Position numbers and translations under genes: made by a program. From the IMG/VR virus record IMGVR_UViG_3300044846_005772: 64,000 bases of DNA; one strand, 5' to 3'. This DNA comes from a virus. Its lineage: Duplodnaviria > Heunggongvirae > Uroviricota > Caudoviricetes. Position 1 is the first letter of the stretch, and the number at the start of each line of letters is the position of its first letter. The notes beneath the pieces are model-generated. The model was given only the letters and a program-made list of their open reading frames with translations, had not been told where the DNA came from and did not search any database. Below, piece by piece: positions 57,349 through 64,000 of this stretch.

Positions 57349-57615
57349 TTACTCCTCCCCTTCAGGAAAGAGCTTAGCCCAGCCAGCTGGAGAAATGCCG
57401 GAGATCACGAACTCTCTATTCTCTGCGGGCTCGTTTCCCAAGCAAGTATAGATTCTTTCTCCTAGGCAGAATCTGCGCAGACCTTCGGTTGGCATCTCGC
57501 ATTCCCATTCCTTGCCAGTAATTACGCATTTACCCCAAACTCGTGAGTGAGTCTCATTGATTGGGGTGTAGAATCTCTCATCCACGAGAGATAGGGGATA
57601 ATCTTTATTTTCCAT
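57349..57615 (-). CDS. hypothetical protein (88 aa)
   Basis: ORF. Confidence 0.45.
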   Translation of the reverse strand: MENKDYPLSLVDERFYTPINETHSRVWGKCVITGKEWECEMPTEGLRRFCLGERIYTCLGNEPAENREFVISGISPAGWAKLFPEGEE

Positions 57616-57790
57616 GTTTAATTGTTTCTTTTGGTTGGCCTATTGTGTCGTCGTCAAATGCAGGTTCCAAAGTTGTTGGGTCTACCCATACTGAATCCTG
57701 CATGGAAGTTTCTCGTGAAATCCCGGGCTTGTCGAGGGGCACGCTCGTGCAGGAAGCAAGTATAATTGACAGTGTAATAATTCTAATCAT
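57605..57790 (-). CDS. small lipoprotein (61 aa)
   Basis: MIRIITLSIILASC lipobox. Confidence 0.4.
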   Translation of the reverse strand: MIRIITLSIILASCTSVPLDKPGISRETSMQDSVWVDPTTLEPAFDDDTIGQPKETIKHGK

Positions 57791-57824
57791 AAGATAATAA
57801 TACTAAATAATCAAGCTAATTAAA

Positions 57825-57849
57825 AGAAAAATGGGAACTAACGTTCCCA
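57825..57849 (-). terminator. rho-independent terminator
   Basis: tgggaac-taac-gttccca with A-run upstream on the + strand. Confidence 0.6.
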
Positions 57850-57889
57850 TCCTCTTAACTCTAAAACATATATAACTAATCAACAAACA

Positions 57890-58243
57890 TTAGTTCCAGG
57901 TAATCTCGGCTCGATTTGCCTTGATCTTGATCTCAGCTCCTTCCTTCAAGGTAACTGATCCGAATGGGGTGTTCATCGTCCATGCAGGAGCAGATGCAGT
58001 AGTTACTGATCTTTTGCGTGGGGCACGACTTACTTTTGTTGTCTCTTTATATTCTACAATCAAACCCGCTTTCTTCATCTTGCTGATGTGTGAATACACG
58101 GTTTGGCGAGAGACTTTTAGAAGGTCTGCGATTACAGGAGCTTTTACACCTGTTCCGACCATGATTGCGATTTGACGGCGAGCGTCTTCAACTTGAGCAC
58201 GAGTGCTGCGATTTCTTCTTGTTTGATTAGTAATTTTTTTCAT
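57890..58243 (-). CDS. HTH transcriptional regulator-like protein
   Basis: VIADLLKVSRQTVYSHISKMKKAGLI helix-turn-helix. Confidence 0.5.
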   Translation of the reverse strand: MKKITNQTRRNRSTRAQVEDARRQIAIMVGTGVKAPVIADLLKVSRQTVYSHISKMKKAGLIVEYKETTKVSRAPRKRSVTTASAPAWTMNTPFGSVTLKEGAEIKIKANRAEITWN

Positions 58244-58311
58244 GACTTTAAATTATGAATTAAATATACTATAGTTTCTCACCAGATTAAAATAAATTTA
58301 CTACGGAGTAG

Positions 58312-58845
58312 CTATATTTCATCCTCTTCTTCAAAAGCTTCGTCAAGATCGGCCTGCCCTGAAGCTGAATATCCTTCTTCCAAGATGTTGTATAATCTGT
58401 GGCACTCGTCGATTCTCCATTTCTCGGTGGCCGCTTGGATTCCGTCCAACAACTCGTCGGTCAGGTCCTCATGCTCCTCGCTATCGATGTTCATGCTACA
58501 CGTCATCTCGTGAGAGTATCGACTTGTGCTGCGCTCCGACGAGATAAGAAGATTCTCAAACAGGAGTTCCAACAACTTCTCCATCTCCTCATCCATCGGC
58601 AGGACCTTATGTAAATTGTATCTAGCTGTGAACTCTCGCGGATCTATCGACGAGCCTTCGCCCTTCCAATACTCGCTCTCAATTAAATACGTAAGAAATT
58701 GCTTGTTTACGACATCGCGTGCATCAAAGGTAAAGCTTGCGCCGTCACCTTGGCTCCAAAAGCCCGTGAACTGCACGTCGTCTACATCCACGCCTACCAT
58801 AAACATGGTTGCTTTAAAGTCAGTGATGTATTCATCGTACCACAT
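58312..58845 (-). CDS. acidic hypothetical protein (possible DNA-mimic/anti-restriction-like)
   Basis: Strongly acidic, DEAFEEEDEI C-terminus; no family assigned. Confidence 0.45.
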   Translation of the reverse strand: MWYDEYITDFKATMFMVGVDVDDVQFTGFWSQGDGASFTFDARDVVNKQFLTYLIESEYWKGEGSSIDPREFTARYNLHKVLPMDEEMEKLLELLFENLLISSERSTSRYSHEMTCSMNIDSEEHEDLTDELLDGIQAATEKWRIDECHRLYNILEEGYSASGQADLDEAFEEEDEI

Positions 58846-59006
58846 AGTTATATTGTTTAGAAGTTATGAGTAAATATAAAACGATAATCTTAAAAAGTAC
58901 AACGTTTCCGAAACTAAATTTCCTGCACGGCCGAGATCCCGGTTTTGGGGCGGCCGACCATGCAGGAGAGCTCACAAAGAAAAAGGGACGCAAGGCCCCT
59001 TCATCA
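58846..59006 (-). promoter_or_regulatory. module copy 6 (variant A) + hairpin (cctgcacgg/ccatgcagg) + imperfect GGGAC terminator
   Basis: Read directly. Confidence 0.65.
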
Positions 59007-59021
59007 GTAAAGCCAATTAGA

Positions 59022-59435
59022 CTATTCCTTCAACGCATCAATCACTCTCATTGGCATCTTAGAGGATCCATACGCAGCCGCAACCAACCACTCTCCTTCC
59101 TGTGTGAATAGGTAGCCGAACTCCTCAATATCTCCCTTAAAGAATTCTAGCACTGACTTGTGCGTTTGCTGGCTAAACTCCTCACCACGATCCCGGTGGT
59201 ACGCGACAGTAACGCCACCTTCTGGGTTAGAGAAGTTGTGAGGTCCACTAGGCTCTAGTCTCTCTTGCAGGGAACTTAGACTTCCCAACGCGATTAGGGC
59301 CTTCACCTTTTCAGGGGTGTTGTAATGGTCTATTAAAGTTTGACCATTGTGAGATGGGTAGCCATCCCAGTGACAGTAGATAGAAACGACGGTCTTGTCT
59401 TCCATCTCCATTGCGATTCTTGAGCGTGTTGCCAT
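59022..59435 (-). CDS. hypothetical protein (137 aa; start corrected to MATRSR)
   Basis: The track extension translates the module. Confidence 0.45.
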   Translation of the reverse strand: MATRSRIAMEMEDKTVVSIYCHWDGYPSHNGQTLIDHYNTPEKVKALIALGSLSSLQERLEPSGPHNFSNPEGGVTVAYHRDRGEEFSQQTHKSVLEFFKGDIEEFGYLFTQEGEWLVAAAYGSSKMPMRVIDALKE

Positions 59436-59596
59436 AGTTATTATTATTTTAGAATTATAGAGTAAATATAAAATGAAAAAATGGAAAAGTACAACGTTTG
59501 CGAAACTATTTTTCCTGCACGGGCACTTTCCCGGCCTAGCACGGATTACAGCCCGTACAGGAGTGCTCACAAGAAAAAAGGGACCAAAGTCCCTTT
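59436..59596 (-). promoter_or_regulatory. module copy 7 (variant A) + hairpin + GGGACC-AAA-GTCCC terminator
   Basis: Read directly. Confidence 0.65.
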
Positions 59597-59617
59597 TCAA
59601 TATATTACTATTAAGAA

Positions 59618-60289
59618 TTACAGAGCAAGTCTTCTATTAAGATCAGATCTTCTAATATAGATGTATGGGAAATCCCAGTTTGCACCATTCCATTCTGCTA
59701 CTTTGACAGTTCCACCATCCTTAGTTGGGCACTCATGAAGATCTATTTGATTGCTTCCAGGAGATCCTGACCAAACTTCATCTTGCCAAATTTCCTTACT
59801 GTTACAGCTTGACATCTTAGCATAGTATTCATTAAACTCCCAACCTTCATCATTAGCAAGATCAGGATGACCTACTATGATAGGATCATAATCATCATTC
59901 CAATCAATTAAGCAAACAATATCTTCTGGGCTTGCACCAAGAGTATCAGCAATAGCTCTGAAACCTGATTTAACTGATTCGATTTCATCATCTTCAGCAT
60001 CAGGTCCAAGGTTTTGAATAGCCTCTTCCTCATTTTCGATCAAGTTTTGAAGATCTAAAAAATCAGTATCAACTTGGATTGATTGTGGATTATCAATATC
60101 ATTAGCATCAACCTCAAATGTTCCATTCTTTGAACACCCAATTGTATACATAGCTTTTCCACTTTTAGAAAAATACACATTATCTATTCTACAGGTATCA
60201 CCATCAAAGAAATCAACATAATCACCTATTGAGAATTTGTGTGAGTTACTTTCATTTAAGAAGTTTTCAAATGTTTGTAAATGTTTCAT
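59618..60289 (-). CDS. hypothetical protein with N-terminal MKHLQTFENFLNE motif
   Basis: ORF. Confidence 0.5.
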   Translation of the reverse strand: MKHLQTFENFLNESNSHKFSIGDYVDFFDGDTCRIDNVYFSKSGKAMYTIGCSKNGTFEVDANDIDNPQSIQVDTDFLDLQNLIENEEEAIQNLGPDAEDDEIESVKSGFRAIADTLGASPEDIVCLIDWNDDYDPIIVGHPDLANDEGWEFNEYYAKMSSCNSKEIWQDEVWSGSPGSNQIDLHECPTKDGGTVKVAEWNGANWDFPYIYIRRSDLNRRLAL

Positions 60290-60472
60290 ACTTAATTTTT
60301 TAGTTATTTATTTTTTAGTTATAGAGTAAATATAATATGACTTCTGTAAATTGGTACTCACAAGTGAAACTATTCTTCCTGCACGGGCGGAGTAGTGCAG
60401 ATGTCAAGCAACTGAAACAATTGCGACCGTGCAGGAGAGACCTCATGAAAAAAGGGACTCATCGTCCCTTTT
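60290..60472 (-). promoter_or_regulatory. module copy 8 (variant B) + CCTGCACGG-40 nt-CCGTGCAGG hairpin + GGGAC-TCATC-GTCCC terminator
   Basis: Read directly. Confidence 0.7.
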
Positions 60473-60496
60473 CCATTACTACGGAGTAGCCCGTTT

Positions 60497-60895
60497 CTAC
60501 TCCTCGTTCTGGACAAACGCCTTATGTCCCCAGTGAGTGGCTCCTACGAAAGCATACTGGTGCTGATTGTACAGGTTGGTGTTGTACCATTTATCGTTGA
60601 TGTCTCCCACCGTGATTTGAGAGAGCAACTGCTCATCCGCAATCACAACCTTCTTGCCCTTCATCGCAAACACGGTTAACCAGAAATCAAAGCCGTCCTC
60701 GTCGGGCTGGAACTGAATCGTCTGGATCGTTCCTTTCTTATAGGCTCTGAATACATGGTACACATCTCGTTCCATGCAATCAACTGCCGTTAGAAAGCCT
60801 GCCTTGACCTTGATGATCGCTCTGAACTTGCCTGAGCGACCTTTGATTTGGTTGACCGCATTGATGTCGCGAATTAATACTTTTAAATTTTTCAT
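60497..60895 (-). CDS. hypothetical protein (132 aa; start corrected to MKNLKV)
   Basis: The track extension translates the module. Confidence 0.45.
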   Translation of the reverse strand: MKNLKVLIRDINAVNQIKGRSGKFRAIIKVKAGFLTAVDCMERDVYHVFRAYKKGTIQTIQFQPDEDGFDFWLTVFAMKGKKVVIADEQLLSQITVGDINDKWYNTNLYNQHQYAFVGATHWGHKAFVQNEE

Positions 60896-61054
60896 GTCTT
60901 TATTTTTTAGAGTTAAGTAAATATAACACGATAATCTTAAAAAGTACAACGTTTCCGAAATTAAATTTCCTGCACGGGCTCTCCCCGGCTAGCAGGCCAG
61001 CAAACACCGTGCAGGAGAGCTCACAAGAAAAAAGGGACCGGTTTGGTCCCTTTA
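60896..61054 (-). promoter_or_regulatory. module copy 9 (variant A) + hairpin + GGGACC-GGTTT-GGTCCC terminator
   Basis: Read directly. Confidence 0.7.
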
Positions 61055-61072
61055 CTGTTACTACGGAGTAAG

Positions 61073-61279
61073 CTAATCCTGCCCGTCCAAGAAGTCTAGG
61101 ATCTCTTCCACCTCTGCTGGATCGTCCACTTCGTACCCGTCCTTGGTTCTAACTTCCGTGTCAATGATCTTGTCGCGCTCATCATAGTAATCCTTTACGA
61201 CCACTACTGATCCTGAATCGAGCTGCACACGGCTTTCGACCATCTTAACCACCTGCGTTGTCTTGCTTAGTAATTCCAT
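61073..61279 (-). CDS. hypothetical acidic protein (68 aa)
   Basis: ORF. Confidence 0.4.
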   Translation of the reverse strand: MELLSKTTQVVKMVESRVQLDSGSVVVVKDYYDERDKIIDTEVRTKDGYEVDDPAEVEEILDFLDGQD

Positions 61280-61303
61280 GTTGATTAGTTTAATTGGTTA
61301 TTA

Positions 61304-61528
61304 TTATCTTTCAAGTATCACGAACGATCCAAATTCTCGATCAAACACCTTGATCAGGTTCTCGTAATCGGATGACATCATCTCGGCATTGATTTCTCCT
61401 CTCTTCTTTGGATCCCAGCCAAGTTGCTTGCCAAAGTCGTTTGCCATGCCGAGTAGCACGAACGCGTTTCCGTCGGGCCCAGTCAGGTCAATCACGATCT
61501 GCTTGTTCTCTTGCTTTTTTCTAATCAT
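61304..61528 (-). CDS. hypothetical protein (74 aa)
   Basis: ORF. Confidence 0.4.
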   Translation of the reverse strand: MIRKKQENKQIVIDLTGPDGNAFVLLGMANDFGKQLGWDPKKRGEINAEMMSSDYENLIKVFDREFGSFVILER

Positions 61529-61683
61529 ATCGCGTGCATGTTAGAGATTATTACTTCTGCCTCCTCAAGGCTTTTTACAGGGATGAGTTGGCCCGCACCC
61601 ACAACGTAATGTCCGTCCCATATGGTAAGGGTTCGTGGAGGCCCGCTTGTGTCGATGGTGATCCCATCAGAAAATCTTAGCAT
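61525..61683 (-). CDS. small hypothetical protein (52 aa; start corrected to MLRFSDG)
   Basis: The track extension translates the module. Confidence 0.35.
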   Translation of the reverse strand: MLRFSDGITIDTSGPPRTLTIWDGHYVVGAGQLIPVKSLEEAEVIISNMHAI

Positions 61684-61843
61684 AGTTATGTTGTTTAGAA
61701 TTATAGAGTAAATATAAACTGAAATAATTAAAAAGTACAACGTTTTTGAAATTAAATTTCGTGTACGGTCGTTCCAAGACAAGCTTGCCGGGAGACGCCG
61801 TGCAGGAGTACTCACCCTAAAAAAGGGACCAAAGTCCCTTTTT
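61684..61843 (-). promoter_or_regulatory. module copy 10 (variant A) + degenerate hairpin + GGGACC-AAA-GTCCC terminator
   Basis: Read directly. Confidence 0.65.
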
Positions 61844-61846
61844 CAA

Positions 61847-62269
61847 TTAGTCAATAGTTAGCATGAATGCGGTGCCGTCCCAATCGTCCGGTATTTCTAT
61901 CTCATCAAGCTCCTTCACAAACTTCTCTGCTGTCTTAATAAGTTGTTCACGGGTATTAACCTTAGATATATTAAAGAAAATTATCTTGTCATTGACTGAT
62001 GAATACAACTCAAGATCGGGACCAGTGTCTGCATCTCCATCTACCGTACGTGATACTTTACTTCCCTGTTCCGCGTCATTTGCGAACTTTAGGATTCTTT
62101 CTGCGACTCCACGCAACTTTGATAATGAATCGATTTCGCCAAGATCAATCTTCTTTGTGGATTTGCCTGCCGTAATCTCAAGATAGTCATGAGATATTTC
62201 ATTAACAAACTCATTTCCTCTGTGTCCTTCATTAATAAATTCTGAAAAATTCTTAATTTCCATTGTCAT
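61847..62269 (-). CDS. hypothetical protein with N-terminal KNFSEFINE motif
   Basis: ORF. Confidence 0.5.
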   Translation of the reverse strand: MTMEIKNFSEFINEGHRGNEFVNEISHDYLEITAGKSTKKIDLGEIDSLSKLRGVAERILKFANDAEQGSKVSRTVDGDADTGPDLELYSSVNDKIIFFNISKVNTREQLIKTAEKFVKELDEIEIPDDWDGTAFMLTID

Positions 62270-62353
62270 AGTTATTTGTTTTAGTTATAGAGTAAATATA
62301 AACTGAAATAATTAAAAAGTACAATGTTTCCGAAACTAAATTTCCTGTACCGC

Positions 62354-63025
62354 TTAGCCATGGTGCCACTCCGCGGAGAGCTCTTGCAGGAGAGTTCCGA
62401 AAGAATCGATGAATAATTCAAGGTCACCAACTGGTAGGGCTCTCACCGTATCCCGAGTGCTATGACATCGACTCCAATTGCTCAGGTCAGGAGAACCATC
62501 CTCATGCACCGGACATGGCTGGACTAGGCACGCGTTTAATCCCTTACGGCGAAGTACGACTGAGTCGTTGAATGGAACCTTTACCCTTGGGGCGGAGCTT
62601 AGTCTCTCAATCGCCTCGCCGATTTCCGAATCGCAATAGCCGACTAGCCAATGATCTCCTCCCTCACCGGCAAGTTCGAGGTTAATAATCCATTCTACAT
62701 CGGGTCCGCTCTGAGACCAGGACAGGGCGCCCAACCCACCCACTTCCTCGTGGTCAAAGATAACACAGCTGAGCCAGGGATTGCGGCGGACTAACTCCAA
62801 GCAGGCGATGCAGGCCGCCGAGTTATCGTTCGCGTTCTCGCTCTTTGGATTCACTATATCCCAGTGCGCGCTGATCCAGTACGGTCCATCACCGATCACA
62901 AGATTCAACGACCCGTCCTGGTCAAGGATTCTAGGTCTAAGACCCAAGCAACGCGCGGAGCGAACGATATGTTCTAGCCTGTTCTTGGATTTACATAAGC
63001 TGCGGAGTCTCTCTCTTATCTTCAT
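62354..63025 (-). CDS. hypothetical protein (223 aa); its 3' end overlaps a decayed module copy
   Basis: ORF. Confidence 0.45.
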   Translation of the reverse strand: MKIRERLRSLCKSKNRLEHIVRSARCLGLRPRILDQDGSLNLVIGDGPYWISAHWDIVNPKSENANDNSAACIACLELVRRNPWLSCVIFDHEEVGGLGALSWSQSGPDVEWIINLELAGEGGDHWLVGYCDSEIGEAIERLSSAPRVKVPFNDSVVLRRKGLNACLVQPCPVHEDGSPDLSNWSRCHSTRDTVRALPVGDLELFIDSFGTLLQELSAEWHHG

Positions 63026-63094
63026 AATTATTATTATACTAAATGGCCCTCCTAAATTTCAGAAGGGCCAATGTGATCACTACGGAGTGGACTC

Positions 63095-63283
63095 TTACTC
63101 CATTATGCTTATCCCGCAATTGATGAGATCGACCCTGAGGTCAGCATCACCTCTTAGTTTATCAATCCCATTTTGCGAGAAAATAACTGTTGGGCCCTGT
63201 AAGGAAATGACGTAATCTGTTTCGACGAATCCCGCTAAACGCAATAACGAAATCGCCTTTTCAATAATTTTCTTTTTGTTCAT
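63095..63283 (-). CDS. small hypothetical protein (62 aa; start corrected to MNKKKII)
   Basis: The track extension translates the module. Confidence 0.35.
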   Translation of the reverse strand: MNKKKIIEKAISLLRLAGFVETDYVISLQGPTVIFSQNGIDKLRGDADLRVDLINCGISIME

Positions 63284-63437
63284 AGTTAAAATTTTAGAGT
63301 TAAGTAAATATAAAAAGAAATAATTAAAAAGTACAACGTTTAGAAAAATAAGTTTCCTGAACGGTCGCTCCACGACAAGCATGCCAAGCGTGGCCGTGCA
63401 GGAGTACTCACAAAGAAAAAGGGACTCATGTCCCTTT
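63284..63437 (-). promoter_or_regulatory. module copy 12 (variant A) + hairpin + GGGAC-TCAT-GTCCC terminator
   Basis: Read directly. Confidence 0.7.
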
Positions 63438-63460
63438 AACCAACCAACTAACCCTTAACT

Positions 63461-63646
63461 CTAATCCCGAATCTCTTGATCCCGTAATCCATCCACTGCG
63501 TGACCAAGTGCGGCCAACTCCATCTCAATTCCCTCATTCATCTCAGGATCGTTCTCATCCTGAATGGATTCGAAGATTGCCTGTAATTCCCATCCTAACT
63601 CCTCGATCTTATCGAGGATTTCGTCCCATTTTTCTTGATTTGTCAT
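63461..63646 (-). CDS. small acidic protein (61 aa; start corrected to MTNQEKW)
   Basis: The track extension translates the module. Confidence 0.35.
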   Translation of the reverse strand: MTNQEKWDEILDKIEELGWELQAIFESIQDENDPEMNEGIEMELAALGHAVDGLRDQEIRD

Positions 63647-63776
63647 AGTTATATTGTTTAAAGTTATGATGTAAATATAAAAAGAAATAATTAAAAAGTA
63701 CAATGTTTTGAAAAATATTATTCCTGCATGGGGCCCGAGCTCTCATGTACACGAGTCTAGCTTTCGACCGTGCAGG
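63647..63776 (-). promoter_or_regulatory. module copy 13 (variant A) + hairpin, leftward
   Basis: Read directly. Confidence 0.65.
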
Positions 63777-63851
63777 AAATTTAGTTTCGTCGATGAGTAC
63801 CAATTTAAAGGAGTCGTATTATATTTACTCTATAATTCTAAAACAAATAAC
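63777..63851 (+). promoter_or_regulatory. mirrored module copy (variant B, reverse complement) driving the rightward gene
   Basis: aaatttagtttcgtcgatgagtaccaatttaaaggagtcgtattatatttactctataa is the reverse complement of variant B. Confidence 0.6.
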
Positions 63852-64000
63852 CATGACAAAGATTAGCGCTTTTATTGGAGACACACGCATGCCAGGCGGA
63901 TCCGCTGAGTCGATCAAGAGGGATTACGATTTGGACGTTCACATGTACGAGGATGGAACCTTCCAGGTTGAGGGAGCCAAGGAAGATGTTGATGCCTATT
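63852..64000 (+). CDS. hypothetical protein, 5' part (truncated by window end)
   Basis: ATG follows the mirrored module; open to the window end. Confidence 0.4.

Noticed and set aside
55352-63215. + strand ORFs 55352-55660, 56172-56435, 56501-56719, 58866-59111, 61863-62186 and 62781-63215
   Set aside because: Antisense to well-supported leftward genes, or translations of the module, e.g. KSTTFLKLNFLHG from aaagtacaacgtttc. No promoter is in the right orientation.
53014-63703. N-terminal extensions of ORF-track entries 53014-53415, 56944-57342, 59022-59600, 60497-60949, 61525-61815, 63095-63382 and 63461-63703
   Set aside because: The extensions all encode near-identical ...YFLIISVYIYSIILNN... 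peptides, produced by reading through the conserved promoter module. Real starts are the ATGs at the module's 3' edge (cat...agttat pattern).
53216-63851. Conserved-arm / variable-loop units as a CRISPR-like array
   Set aside because: The arms are inverted (hairpin), not direct repeats. Units are separated by whole genes, and no cas genes are present.

Overview
The window reads as a large AT-rich dsDNA phage genome (or prophage) segment, probably from a Bacteroidetes (Flavobacteriia-like) host. The host inference rests on a T9SS C-terminal sorting domain on an encoded S8 peptidase and on -33/-7 type promoter modules.

The left arm (1 to ~44 kb, visibly AT-rich) carries these gene groups:
- Replication genes: the tail of an SF2 helicase, PhoH, a family-B DNA polymerase fragment that begins exactly at motif B, and a DnaG-like primase.
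- Unassigned virion-type genes.
- A leftward block of small proteins that share an N-terminal F-x-x-F-[LIV]-x-E motif. This block includes GH108 and CHAP peptidoglycan hydrolases and a secreted NUC nuclease.
- A sugar/phospho-sugar modification cluster: two tandem paralogs, a HAD-nucleotidyltransferase fusion, an FkbM methyltransferase, a GDPD-like protein, a metallophosphoesterase and a glycosyltransferase.
- An NAD+ salvage/reconstitution pair (NAMPT plus a PRPP-synthetase-like protein) with a nucleoside 2-deoxyribosyltransferase-like protein.
- Three tail-fibre paralogs that share an N-terminal anchor, with a pirin-like cupin between them.
- A secreted subtilase with a T9SS C-terminal domain.

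A tRNA cluster lies at 43.9-47.6 kb. It contains tRNA-Arg(TCT), a tRNA-Leu(TAG)-like gene and four unusual class-II tRNA-like paralogs.

The right arm (47.6-64 kb) has visibly more GC-rich coding sequence. Nearly all genes are small and leftward. It shows the following:
- An iteron/tandem-repeat region lies next to an HTH plus resolvase-fold protein that lacks the catalytic serine.
- The arm encodes a DUF932-like protein, a RecA-fold ATPase, a sigma-70 family factor, HTH regulators and acidic proteins.
- A highly repeated intergenic module sits in front of almost every gene. Each copy combines an intrinsic terminator, a conserved-stem hairpin with a variable loop, and a Bacteroidetes-type promoter.
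- The decamer ACTACGGAGT recurs at least 14 times, always on the + strand, usually as the tetraloop of a small hairpin whose flanks co-vary. Three copies lie inside coding regions.

Many ORF-track entries in the right arm are N-terminally extended by in-frame translation of the repeat module. Corrected starts are given below.
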